DNA from: the human T2T-CHM13v2.0 reference genome, Homo sapiens
Direction: 5' to 3' (one strand)
DNA: 64,000 nucleotides
NCBI RefSeq assembly: GCF_009914755.1
Contig: NC_060929.1
Below are positions 42,761 through 58,667 of the stretch, piece by piece; the first letter of the stretch is position 1; each line of letters opens with the position of its first letter. Below the pieces are notes generated by a model, which worked only from the letters and a program-made list of their open reading frames with translations, did not search any database and had not been told where the DNA came from. The position numbers were made by a program, and so were the translations under genes.

Positions 42761-44420
42761 TTGCTATTTCTTGAAGGAAGCCTTATTCATTAGCTAGGTC
42801 TAAAGGGAAAGTGGGAAGTGACCTTTTTAATTGTGAAGACAAATACTTTAACCTCTGAAGTATTTGTGATTTTTTTTTTTGAGTGATGTATGAGTTTCTA
42901 TTTTTCACCATAAGGCTCAAGAGAATTAAGATCATGATCTCATGAAAAGTATTATTTTTTACATACAAATACCTATAATTATTAATTATAGATAGCATTT
43001 AACTTTTTAAAATATGTATGCTAAAAACATTCATATTAAAAATACAATACTATATTTTTTGTTACATCATTAGCCATGTGGCTCTTATTTCAGAAGTAAA
43101 AATTATATACAGATTGGAAGACTATTCAACATAAAATAAAAGTTGACCAAATAACATAAAGATTACTAGAAAAATATTTATGTCTCAAGGTCAGTATTTA
43201 AGTTTGTTACATTTTTATTACATTTTATTTAATTTAAAACATTTTTAAAAGTTAAATTCATAGGTAGTGGATGACATATTTAATTTAATAAATGGCATTC
43301 TTGCTTTATATATATGAATATATAATGAAACTACATGCAATACAAATAACTGATCTAGAACAAGGAAAAAATAAAATACTAAAATTAAGTTTTTTAAAAA
43401 AATGATATCTAGGAAGAAGCTGGTTATACTGATATAACATCAGTATAACTGTTAGAATGGTTAAATGTCAGAATGGCTGTTATTCATCTTTGTTAAAGAA
43501 AAAGTAAATAGGTAACCGAGTTGTTTCTTGCATTTCATTACCTGAAATGAATTTAACCTTTATTCTATTTTGCAGTATACTAGGCACTGTGTAACGACCT
43601 CTAAATGCATACAGCATCCAGTCTTCAAACCATCTTATATTATCACTATTGTATTATTGCATCAACATATATATGAGGAAACTGAGATGCATATTTGCTA
43701 AACAGTTTTCCAAAGTCTCATATTAAGATAGGCAAGTAAATTGGAAGAAGTGTAAAATATTTTTTCTATTCAACATGACTTTATTGTTTGGTAGAAACAG
43801 ATCACTTTAACCATTGCAAAGTGTAAAATATTACTATCGTACATCCATGTGCCACATAACAGTGTTTTGGTCAATGACAGCATGTACAATGGTGGTCCCA
43901 TAAGATTATAAAGGAGATAAAAATTTATATCACCTAGTGACACTGTAGCCACCTTAACATCACAATGCAATGCATTACTCACGTCTGTGGTGACGCTGGT
44001 GCAAACAAACCTACTGCACTGTCAGTTCTATAAAAGTATAGCACATGCAATTATGTACAGTACATAATAATTGATCATGATAAGCAACTGTATAACTGGT
44101 TTATATATTTACTATACTATACTTTCTATTATTATTTTAGAGTGTACTCCTTGTACTTATTTTTCTTTAAGTTAACTATAAAACAGTGTCAGGCAGGACA
44201 TTCAGAAAGTATTACAGAAGAAGTCATTGTTATCATAGATGCCAGCTCCATGACTATTACTAGCCTTAAAGACCTTCCAGTGGGACAAGATTTGGTGGTG
44301 GAAGATAATGATATTGATAATCTTGACCCTGTGCACGCCAAGGCTAATGTGTGTGTTTGTGCCTTAGTTTTTAACAAAAACAGTTTAGAAAGTAAAAACA
44401 TAAAAATAAAAATAAAAAGT

Positions 44421-44942
44421 GGACCCAGCAATCCCATTACTAGGGAATATACCCAAAGGATACAAATCATTCTGTTTTAAAGACACATGCAAGTGTATGT
44501 TCACAATAGCAAAGACATGGAATCAATCTAAATGACCATCAATGATAGAATACAAAGAAAATGTGCTACATATACATCATGAAATACTACACAGCCATAA
44601 AAAAAGAATGAGATAATGTCCTTTGTAGGGACATGGTTGGAACTAGAGGCTGTTATCCTTAGAAAACTAACACAGGGACAGAAATGCAAATGCCACATGT
44701 TCTCACTTATAAGTAGGAGCTAAATGATGAGAATACATGGACACATAGAGAAGAACAATCCACACTGGGGCCTTTCAGAAAGTGCAGAGTAAGAGGAGGC
44801 AGAGAACCAGGTAAAATAACTGTTGGGTACTAAGCCTAATACCTGGGTGACAACATAATCTGCACAACAAACTCCATGAAAAAAGTTCACCTATGTAACA
44901 AACCTGCACTTGTATCCCTGAACTTAAAATAAAAGTTAAAAT
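44421..44942 (+). mobile_element. L1PA13-like 3' end inserted in Tigger3b
   Basis: gacccagcaatcccattac (ORF2 end) through aacttaaaataaaagttaaa. Confidence 0.88.
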
Positions 44943-45049
44943 ATAAGTTAAAAATTTAAAAAAATTAAAAATCGAGAAAAGCTTATATAATAAGGATATT
45001 AAGAAAGAAAATATTTTTGTACATCTGTACAATGTGTTTGTTTTTTTAA

Positions 45050-45088
45050 CCCATTTATGCCTGAGGTTGCAATTTTTATTTTTTATTT

Positions 45089-45119
<31 letters not shown>

Positions 45120-45515
45120 TTTTGAGACAGAGTCTCGCTCTATTGCCCAGCCTAGTGTGCAGTGGCGCGATCTCGGTTTACTGCAACCTCTGCCTCCTGG
45201 GTTCAAGCAATTCTCCTCCCTCAGCCTCCGGATTAGCTGGGACTACAGGCCACTGTCACCATGCCTGGCTAATTTTTTGTATTTTTAGTAGAGATGGGGT
45301 TTCACTATGTTAGCCAGCATGGTCTTGATCTGAGCTCCTGATTTGCCTGCCTCAGCCTCCCAAAGTGCTGGGATTACAGGCGTGAGCCACGACACCTGAC
45401 TGCAAATTTTTTTTGTGTGTGAAAAATCAGACCTTGTCAATGACCTTGAACAGTAGGATATAAATAACTCCCACAAGCTTAGCGTTCCAATAGTGGAAGA
45501 CTAGGCATAAATGGG
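45050..45515 (-). mobile_element. MER85 piggyBac MITE (split by an Alu)
   Basis: TTAA flanks at 45046-45049 and 45516-45519; perfect 13-bp TIRs cccatttatgcct/aggcataaatggg; internal gaaaaatcagaccttg...cccacaagcttagcgttccaa. Confidence 0.9.
45073..45401 (-). mobile_element. AluSc/Y-like SINE inserted in MER85
   Basis: Full dimer reverse complement, (TTTA)n tail, TSD-like gcaa(a)ttttt. Confidence 0.93.
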
Positions 45516-45667
45516 TTAATCTAAGTGTCACAAAAGAGTGAAAAAGTTAAAAAATAAAACACTTTATAAAGTAAAAATGTTACAGTAAGTTAAGGTTAAT
45601 TTATTATTAAGTAAAGAAAAATATTCTTTATAAATTTAGTGTAGTGTAAGTGTACAATATTTATAAA

Positions 45668-46167
45668 CATTGTTTATAATTACATTAGCTGAGGACGTAA
45701 AGTTTTTTTTGCTTTTATTTTTTGTTTTTTACCATCTTGTGAAAGGTTTCTGAAACTCGATAATAAAAATCAGTTGGCGTAAATTATTCTTTTGGGTCAC
45801 ATTTTTAGAATGAAAAACAAAGAATGTATCCTTAGTACTGGTTCTTAAACAGCCCATAAAAACCCATTGGCCTGAAGCTTGTCTCAGGCCCGTGCCCATC
45901 CTATAGTTTTGAAAGACAAAAGGCTGGTAGAGACAGTCTTCAGCAGTTTCAATGGCTTCAACAATGCTCTGTGGAGTTCAGAGAGTCTGAGTGCCTTAAC
46001 TCCCGAGCTATGATCCCAAGCACAGGGCTAGCCTGGCCTCTGTATCTCCCCACCACCAACCTCTTAAAAGAATAAGATAACAGCATATCTATAGTAAAAC
46101 CATCTCTGCATAGAAACTGTTCAAATGCTCTGTTTTCATAAAATGTTAAAAGTTAAAAAAAAAAAAA
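45668..46167 (+). pseudogene. Putative processed retrocopy of an mRNA 3'UTR inserted in Tigger3b
   Basis: About 500 bp of non-Tigger, non-repeat-looking sequence ending in a CATAAA variant signal and A13; absent at the equivalent position of the in-window Tigger3b copy. Confidence 0.6.
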
Positions 46168-48646
46168 GTCCTAGGCCTTCACATTCACTCACCACTCATT
46201 CACTGACTTACTCAGAACAGCTTTCAGTTCTGCAGGCTCCATGGATGATAGGTGTCCCTTACAGGTGTATCACTTTTTACCTTTTATACCATATATTTAC
46301 TGTATCTTCTCTATGTTTAGATATTTTTAGATACACAAATATTTACCAGTTGTCTACAGTATTCAGTAAGTAACATGCTGTACAGGTTTGGAGACTAGGA
46401 GCAATAGGCTATACCACGTAGCCTAGGTGTGTAGGAGGCTATGCCACCTAGGTTTGCGTTAAGTACACTCTGCAATATTCACACAGCAAGAATATCACCT
46501 AATGATGCATTTCTTAGAACGTCTCCTGGAATTAAGTGATTCATGATTGTATTGTAACATCATTTCTATTATTACAGATAAACACATCACAGATCTAGTC
46601 AGTGCCATTGCATTTATTTAATTAGAATGATAGTTTTTTTCTACACACAAATGTAAAATTTTAATGTGTTTATTTGGATATTTTATACCAACAGCATAAA
46701 TTGCAGTGAGTACTGGACTTGTCTCACTGAACAATATATAAACTCAAATATTGGCCCATAATAAATTGACAATGAAAACAAAAGCAAATGTCATTCACCC
46801 AGATAGTATGAGAAGTACTTATCTAATTAATTTTGATCCTCAATGGTCTAAAACATAATTTTTAAGTTAAATATATGAACGTTCCACATAGCCAAGTTAT
46901 TTTTATTATAATTTATAACCATCAGTAAAAAATTGGGGATTTAAAAAAACATATATTATTGTAGGTTCTAGAATTTGTATGCAGTACGCTAGGCCTAATT
47001 CACGGAATTATATTACTCTTGTTTGAATACTTCTGGTATAAACCATCATAGCTTCTCAGCTCTGAAACATTTCAAATAAGATAGTAAAAATGTCAGTAGC
47101 CATCGTTCTAATTATGAATAATTTATCTACCACAAAGGACCACTGGATATAACAATATTATCAATTTTAAGTTTTAATTTGTTGTCCAATGAAACTATAC
47201 TATTTTCATGGGCTGAAACTGAGAATAATGAAACTACCAGTGCTTTGCATAAATATACATAAAATATTTGCTTTGTTATTCTGTTATTCTTTCATATAAT
47301 TTCTTGATCTGGAGGTAATTTAAGATATGCAAAGGACTTTTTTTTTTTACTAGCACCAATATATTTTTAAAGATATTTGCCTTGGAGAACAAACTACTCA
47401 AGTATAATTAATTCAGCCTTTGCTGAGGTAAACTTTGAAGCTGACCGAATTGAGAATCCTGAGATCAAAATTCTGGCAAATAAATAATAAAACATATACA
47501 GAGATTACTAGTAGAAGACCCTAAAGGTGAGCAGTGCTATAATTTACCATACTGAAGAAAAAGGGCAAAAGCGTAATTAAAAACATGTAATTGGAAATAT
47601 CTCCTTAAAAAGTGAGCATGTGTGTCTATTAAATCCAGAAATGATACTATCAAATACCAACTCTGGTGGTGTAAGAAAATAAAAATGAATTATCCTTTAC
47701 AATTGGATCATATAGGTCTTACTTTTCCTTTCTAATAACCAGAACACAATGTCTTATAATTCCATGCTAATTTACTGTTTGAAATATGAAGATTTTGAAC
47801 AAATAACATCTATCCTCTCTTTTAAATTCTTGTGTGTGTGTTTGTGCACCCATGTGCACATGCACATGTATCATCTCTAATTTGAGAATGTGGGTTGAAC
47901 CAATGAAAATGCAATATTATTCAACATTATTTTATTTATTCTGTGAAATTGATAATTTTGTGTATTATGGTTCAACCACACTGCCTTGCTAGTATATATT
48001 CTATAGTCCAAATTAATAAAGTAACTTCAGTGAACTTGGTCAACACCAACTGCTCAGACGAGAATAATTTTTTCTACAATCCACAGCCATTTATCTTTTC
48101 TATGTTTTAAATGATTTTTTAGCAAGTTGCATTCTGAGAAGAGATACATGGAATAAACAAACAAAAAGCAAGATACCTAAATTTTCCTCGTTCTCTTTAG
48201 TAGTGTTGGTGGAACTACTTAAAAATGTAATTCTTGCCAGCACAGAGTTAGTTTTAAATTTTCGGAGATTAGATTTAAACAAGATAGGTACCAATTGTCA
48301 CCTTCACAGAACAATTCTAACATCATAAAAGATACAAATGATCAATTAGATCAGTGCCTTAACGCTTCAGACAAGATTTAGTGTTTGCTTTAAGACGTTG
48401 ACATATTTTACAACATTTGGTAAAAATCAAATTGTCTTTTTATAAGTGGGAATGACTTGAAAAACCCAACAGCTTTGACTCATAGAATTATATTCTTAAG
48501 TAGATAACTGGCTTATTTCTGTTCCGATAATAGTAACACAATAAACACAGAGAGCCCATTTCAGTTATACATATTATCATAAAGGCATAAACAATTACAT
48601 TTATATCCTAGAAGACAATATGTGTATATATACATACTACCTAAGA

Positions 48647-48647
<1 letters not shown>

Positions 48648-48680
<33 letters not shown>

Positions 48681-48690
48681 ATATATACAC
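48648..48690. repeat. (TA)n(TG)n microsatellite
   Basis: Direct observation. Confidence 0.9.
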
Positions 48691-49730
48691 ATAATCAAGG
48701 GACATTAAAACAAGTACTTTATTGTGCTAAAAGCTATGGGACTTCAATGGAAATTTGCATCAATCTAATATGCCACATTCTACAGAAATTTTTTTTTGCA
48801 ATAGACACATACAAAATATTACATATTACTCGTTCACAAATTTATACAGTTTATTGATATGATTTGCCTTAAAAATAAATATAGCAAAGATTGCTTATTT
48901 TCTGAGTTATCTTATATTTATTATTCATTGATTTATTTCCCATCACCATTTCTCTATTTTCAGCTTTCCCCACCCTTTTGGTCATTTTACTTTCAAGATG
49001 TACTAGTTGTTAATAGTTGGTATACCTGTACCTGTTCCTTAACAAAAGCATGACCAGATCACAGATATTGCTACAGTTGAAGTAATATCAGCATTTTCAT
49101 AATAAAAACTGCTCTTTGGAGGTTTATAATAATGCAACTGTAAAAGTTCATACTGGGCTCATCTTGTCATATAAGGTCACAGTCTGAAGTAAATTTGTTT
49201 TGCCAATTTTCATACAAATTAATGTAGCCACTACTCTAAGTAACGCAAATATAAATCAAACACTGGAGAAAAGTATTCCCCCAAAATAATAAACATCATT
49301 TGGCTGATACTTATTTTCAAGATATTTAGTTGTTTTTAAATTTGCATGTGTCCCACACGGGTGTCAAGAGGATAGCTCTAGGAGAGAAAGAAAGCCAAAA
49401 AAAAAAAAAAATACATGGCTTTTCTCCAAGAAAATAACACTAACATATGTGAGCATATAATAAATAGCCTTCATGGCAGGTGGCTTACCCTCAAACAACA
49501 AACCCAATCTCAGTTTTTTACATAGACAACTATGTAAACTATGTCAAGGCCCTATTTAGAGAAAGAAACTGTCATGTTACAACTTTCTGAAACCATTTAA
49601 AAAATACGATACAAATCTCAGAAATGTTTCAGTCATTTTATGTAATATTGAAATTACCAAAGAGTAGTAACTTACTTAATATCATTGCATGGTTTTATAA
49701 TAATGGCAATGTAATGCATACACTATTTCT

Positions 49731-50745
<1,015 letters not shown>

Positions 50746-51309
50746 TAGATATACTTCCAAATGTAAATACACAATCAAATAGAAGTGAATTTATATGATT
50801 ATTGGATCCAGAAATTAAGGCTTTGGGAAAGAAAAAGCTTGAGTGTTTCATCTCAAGATTCTTCCTGCTAATATCATTCAGAGCCTGTAAGGCAACTATT
50901 TTGAATCCACACTAATGATTTTGTTAACGCAATAACAGAAAAAATAAAAATAAAGAAAGAAAGGAAAAGAGTAGGGTAAAGGATAGAAAAGGATTCCATT
51001 GCAACAGTGTTAATATCATTCTGGAGAATGCAGGAGAAGCCATTCATATAGAAAGCTATTATAAAGTATTTAATGTTAGGAATGTATTAGTAAGTAAAAG
51101 TCAGGCACCATAATATATGGTAAAAGTCAAATAAAATCTCATCAACTTAAAAACATCCTGGCCATTTTGTAACTCAATTCCATTTTTGGGGGGTGTATGC
51201 ATCTATGTTTTTATTAGAAATGCAATGATACAATTTTTAATTTCACCTGATGACCTTCTTATCTTAAAACTTCATAGTGTTTATATAGTACAATGATGAT
51301 AAAAATCAT

Positions 51310-51545
51310 AATCATAATAACTGAAACAAACAGGGAACTTACCATGTGTTTTAAATATGTTTATTTCACCTTCACAATAACTTTGAAGTTAAGTGTTATT
51401 ATGAACTCTACTTTATACACAAGAGGAAACTTTGAGTTAGCAAATTTAAGTAATTGGCAAAAGGTGTCATGATTACCCAATAGTAAACCTAGGGTTCAAA
51501 CTCAGGCAACATATCAATATAATGTGTTCTTCACAACTATGCTAG
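51310..51545 (-). mobile_element. MIR SINE
   Basis: ctttatacacaagaggaaact...ttaagtaattggcaaaaggtg...gggttcaaactcaggca. Confidence 0.65.
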
Positions 51546-53644
51546 ATATTTATCATTTTAATTTGCCATTTGCTAATTTCTTTTTTTAAAACATACTTCC
51601 CTACCATTAGAAAAAAATGGCTATTTCCCATCATTTTTTTAAAGAACCACATTGCTCTGAAAATCTATATGTATGTATTTATTTACTCTATTATATATGT
51701 ATTTAAATATATATTTACTGTTTTTATATTATTTCCTTGGGATTGGTGCCTGGAAGTAATATTGCTGAGACAAAAATATATGAACTTACTTTACATATAT
51801 TTGATTGTGGTTTTTTTTACTGAATACAACTATTAATCTGTATCCTTGTCAACATAAACTCAGATATGTGTGGGTAAACACACATACACAAACCCATGAA
51901 TATGTGATTTAATAGCTGTAAAATGGAACTTCATTCCTTTGAAAAATCATTTGTAAAGTTAAACATTTTTTAAATGTTTGAATAAATTTATGTTCTCACT
52001 TTTTTCCTAATGTCTCTCCATGGTTTTATTCATTCTATATTATTTTTAGTAGAGTTAATGACAGCAAAATTATATCTTAAACAGAGATATCAGGTAAAGA
52101 AGTATAAAAGTGTTCAATACATACAAGTTGAAGTCAGAAATTTAATTTGGCTTGACTTTTATGAACCAAGGTGTGTGAGTAATTATCAGAGGTTGTTGTG
52201 AGGAGATATGATTGGGAATGGCCATGACAGCTGGATCACAAAAGTCTTCATCATTTGCCAGCAGCTTTGAACCTTTGAAGAGCCTGACAACAAATCACAC
52301 CTCACTGGCCCTATTAGAGACACAATTACAGCTAATATATTGAATGGGTGAATTTGCAATACAAGGGTTTGTTTCCTTGATTTCAGAAAGAAATGTCTTC
52401 TTCTCTAACTGTAACTTTCCTGGTAGTGCTTGTGTGAGGCAAGAAGTGTGAGCTGGCACAGGCCTGCTGGGAATCCAATCTGTGTGTGCAATGTGTTATA
52501 GGCCTGTCACCCCAAATTGTTTATGGCGAGACATTCTTTGACGTATAGACATTTGTCAAGGTCATGCTGTTGTAAATGACCCTCAGTTTGAGAACTGAGA
52601 ACATTCTTTTCACAATAACTTTTCTCTAAATAAGTTTTTGTTAGCATGAAGTTTCTTAGCTACTTGAGAAAACAGCCACCAGATTTCAAGGACAACAAAT
52701 TAAATCAGACATGAGCTCTAGCCAGAGAACAGCAGAGGTATGAGAATCAGTCTTGGACAAAATGCTACGTTCAAATTATAAATGGGGTACCCATTATGTA
52801 TAACATCAATCAGCAGGAGGTTAGAATGCTTAGGAAAATTATTTGTGGAAAAAAATTGGAAATAGCAGAAACATGTACTACTTTTAAGCAGAAATTATAG
52901 TGACTGATTATAACACGAACACTTTCCCTTGTCAATTAGTTTCAATATCAGGAACTCTGGAAAATCTGTAACAGTCAGCTAAGGTACAATTTTGTTATAT
53001 TTTAACAAGCTAGTTACTATAGTCTTAACTTCAGGAATACTTAACTACTAGGCTTGTTACTATAATTCAGCTTTCTGTTTAAAGAGAAAGGTTCTGCTCT
53101 CTCATATGTAGTTTTCTTACTTTGGAAGAGAATTGATATTAAAAATTGGCCTCATTTATGTGGCTCTATTGTTTTAACAATAATCAATATATTCATTGAA
53201 GTGTATTTATTTTAGAAGTCATCAGTTGTAGATAAGAAGGCACAGTTTCTGTTTCCAGGAACAGAATTTGTATTTTATAACACAAATTGGGGGAAAATAG
53301 TACTGAAGTAGAAATTAACTCAAGTGGTGCCACTCTCCTCTGAGCAATATCCTCCACTCAAAAGAAGTGCTTCCCATTCTTAAGGAGTCCTAAGATAATA
53401 TAAGAGGGAAGATATAAACATGTATAAAGCAATATGAACAGGTATAAATCAAATAAAATACATTCAAACACAGATGATTGGTACACTTAAAGATTGAAGA
53501 GGACTGAAATAGAGCCACTCAAAAATTCTTTTAGTCTCTGGGCTGACTTAATTTTTGAAGCGAGTAAATAATAGATCAGATATTAACATATTATTACATC
53601 TCCCATTAAATATGTGTGATGCCTAACTGCCAAAAGCTTTGTTG

Positions 53645-53991
<347 letters not shown>

Positions 53992-56547
53992 TAATTAAAC
54001 CATAATCTCTATTGTTTTTTATCTGGAAGAGGATATTTTTCTGATATTTCATAGATTCAACTATAGATGGCAGGATATTGGAAGCAGTATCAGACATTTT
54101 ACTATATGATTAAATTCACTTTAATAATCACAATATTAGCATTTTTTCTTGTATATCACCACTATATACATCCATTTTTAGGGTAGGAAATATGTAAAAG
54201 TCCTGTGACTCAGCTTTTCTCTGGGCATTGAAGATGTACCTTTATGTTATGTTAGAAATGAACATATATTTGGATTAGAGAGTACAGATTAATCAGTACA
54301 TAAGGAGTATTTTATGCTACTGATTAATATATTCTCAACAGCAGAGAAATGCACTTGATGCAATTCAGAAAAAAGTAAAAGATTCTTTTACATGCTAAAT
54401 TGTTTCAATTCACTACATTTTCATTTACTCTGGGGAATAAAAAGGAAAATCTTTAATTATCTGAATGAGCCACTACATTTTTTCTTTTGTCAAATGCAAT
54501 TTGAATTTCTGGGAATTATATTTTAGAGTGTTTCTGATACACACAGAGTAAACCATCTCTACACTGTCCTGCATTTTCCTTTCTAAGCTACACAATTAAA
54601 AACAAAACCCTTTCCAATTGTGTACATTTTTGAAGCTTCTCAACAAATTATGAGGCATTTATACTTTGGAAATGTTAATCAATTTAACTCCCTTCCCATC
54701 ACTTTCCCTAGTGTATTCAAAGCTCTTTTGCTTTACAGTTATCTTAGGGCTATTAATGCATGATTATCGTATGTGTATTTGCAAAGAAAAAATAAAAATA
54801 TTGGATAAGCAATAGAAGGGAAAAATCCATTGTTCTTGGAGAATCTACTTGAATAATTATGTTCTATTGATCAACTGTTATGAGTAACGTGTTTTAATTC
54901 CTCAGAGTTCCAGATTCTATATTGAGCCATTGGTCAAATTCTCTATCGAGCATTTTAAAATCCAACATGATAGGATAAACATTTATGATTAGTGAATTGG
55001 TTATTTGGTTTACGTGATTATGAAATCACAGTGCTTTATTCTAGATTGATATAGACAACCTTATTTCATGTCCCTGAATAGGATTACATAATATCTCATT
55101 GCAGACATTTTGTGGTGACTATTAAATTGTCTTAAAAAATTGCTGAGGGACCTCAGCTGTATTCAAAGGTATGTACTTCTGGAAAGTCCATGAACTGATT
55201 CAAGTTACAATGTATTTGTATCATGCTCCAGAAAAAAATTCTGATGGATGTTGACCAATTCTAGTGGTCTCTATTTACTGCTCTAACTAGTGACTATAAC
55301 AGATAGACGGCTGGGGGTCTTCTGTATAAGGTTGTGTTGCCTTTGAAAGAAGGTAGTAAGAAGCGAAGGCTTTTCCCTCTCAAACATTACCAGATCCAAC
55401 TTGATAATGGCATCAAACTATCAAGGAGGACAAAACAAAGAAAAATACAGAAAATAGAGCTGAAGCCTGGACGTAGACTACCTGGCTTCTTTTGCATGTG
55501 ACAAAACAAGACTCCTTACTTCACTTTTAAGTTATATTTTATTTTTCTTATAATTTTAAGCATCCCAACCCTTATACATAAAACCTTTGCTTACATAAGA
55601 TCAATTCAGCATTTTACAGGACCATGCAGGGAAGTGGAACAATCTTCAATCACTCCTTTGGAATAATTAAAATATACATGGCAGGCTGAGAATGGGGAGC
55701 GTGTGTGAGGTATCAGGGGAGGTGAAGGAACGTGTGTTTGCATAATAAACAAGACCTCTAGTAATAGTCACTTAGAATGAAGCCATGTATTACTTTGAAT
55801 ACAAGTTTTCTCTCCCCTCTCATTCTTGCTCTCACTCTCTTTCATACACACAAACACATATGAATATATATGTGTGTATATATATGTACATAAATTTATA
55901 TATACCCTCTTGGACATATATGATACATTACATTTTACAAGGAAAACATATGCCTGGGGAATAGTGTAAAATATTGAATCCTGGAAATACTTGAAATAGC
56001 AGTTTTAACTCTGGTTAATAAACCAAAAGAAAAAGAGAATGCCCAACTCTATTTAAAACAGAATTGTATCTTTATAGTCAGAAAACTTTTATAAACTTAG
56101 TCAAAATTATAAAGTGACATATTAATTAAATTGAAGAGGATGAAACTTGACATATACTTCTGATTTTAATTTTTGTAAAAAAAAACTCTACAATTTATTA
56201 TAAGATGTTAAGGTTTAGGCAATGTCCATAGCTAACATAGTTTGATGATTCAAACCCTACACTGTGTATTCCTTTTATTTTTATAATTATTTATCTTGTA
56301 TTATCTGCAGAAAATACAGTGTAGTATGATTTGGCAAGGAGAAACATCTGCCTGGTAAAATTAGCTAGGTTTTTATTTCAGAAAGAATCATAGCTTTTAA
56401 TTATTGAGCACCTCCTATATAACAGTATTTTTAATTATTGAGCAACTCGTATGCATCATACTTTACATTAGGCTAGGTGTGATCTCCTAATAAAAGTTCT
56501 ATGAGGAGTGAGTAAATGCACATAAATGTGTATTAGAAAGATTGGTT

Positions 56548-56808
56548 AATATAGTGGTTAAGATCATCAGCCCTGAAGCATCCTGACTGGACTCAATTCT
56601 CGCCCTCCCATTAGATGCTTTATGAACCTGGACAAATTTGCTCATCTCTCTTTGTACAAGCATCCTCATCTGTGAAATAGAAGTCATGATAATATCTTCT
56701 ATGCAAGCTTTCTGAGAGTATGGAGGAATTATTAATAATAAATGTGCTTAAACACTTCTTGACAAAGAATATGTGTTCAATAGTATTTTGTTTTAATCAA
56801 TATTATTA
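56548..56808 (+). mobile_element. Near full-length MIR
   Basis: atagtggttaagatca...aacctggacaaatt...cctcatctgtgaaatag...tattatt. Confidence 0.75.
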
Positions 56809-57916
56809 CCACTTGGCTAAAAATAAAATAACATTTTGTGAAAACACAAAATTAGTACATGGAACCATTCTTTTGTGTAATTCAGTTTCTTCTATTCTTC
56901 AAATGTCTAGTCCAAAATCCATTGTTATCAGTAGCTATATCTCCCCCACTTCTTCTTATCCTCTATTCACGTTTTTATGCTATGAACAATTACCCCCATA
57001 TTAATGTCATTTTATTCATGTGTTGTATAATCTACTTAACCTGGTTGTTTGCACCCTGAATAGCATTTCTTTCTCCATATATAGACTCTTTCTATATAAG
57101 CATGTTGATTTTAACTTCTGTTTCATGTAATTTTCTTAAATTAGCCATATTAGAGCAATTTACACCATGTCCAAACTAATGTAAAACTAGTGATGAACAA
57201 CATAATGGAAGCATTAACTGAATATCTTCTTAGATTGGAGCAAGGCAGCCAGTTAGTTGATGATACAGGAAACTCCAGATAAGAGTCCCCATCCTTCACC
57301 TGAAATGACTTTCTGCTTACAGAATATTATGAGAGCAATTATACATCTCTGTATGGCATGAATAATTTATACTTTTATATTAAGTCAAAAGTAAAAAGGT
57401 ACCGAATATGTTCCATGAAAATAGTTTAAAAATACAGACATTTGTACCACATACATGTCTTGCACAAGCTTGGGGCCCATTTTAGCTTTCATTTGAAAAC
57501 AAATCATCATTATTAGAACACAGGTATTTCCTGGAGGGATACTTCAAATTATAAAATCGTGATTCATTCTACCTATTTTGATATGGATAATTACATACAT
57601 ATTAATGTATTTTAAAGTAGCTTTTTCATGCTATGTCATCAGACTCACTATTTAAATAAAGACATCTTGTAAATTAAAGCTATCTTTGGGAAGAGCTGGG
57701 AGTATGGAGTTCTGCTTATTGTTATAAATGTCTTCTTATTTCACTTTTTCTGTATCCCACTTTACTCATTACAGCCTGACACTCTCAAGATGAAAATTAT
57801 TGCATAAGTAAATCACTTCTCCATTGTATTCACATCTATTGCTATTACTAAAACTAATACTAACTTGAAGTATAGTTTATGCCCTGATACCATAGGTTTT
57901 AAAAATATTTTATTTT

Positions 57917-58244
<328 letters not shown>

Positions 58245-58260
58245 CTATATATATAATTTT

Positions 58261-58576
<316 letters not shown>

Positions 58577-58667
58577 CTTTACTTTTGTTCTTTTGGCTCT
58601 ATAATAAGCATATTCTTTATACTTGGAAAAAATATTTTTATATACCTTTTTTAATAAGCAGAATTTA

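Larger units (their letters stand above)
43842..46549 (+). mobile_element. Tigger3b-like element with nested insertions
   Basis: TA|catccatgtgccacataac...ggtggtcccataagattata start and ...catgattg|TA end; interrupted at 44421, 45050 and 45668. Confidence 0.88.
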
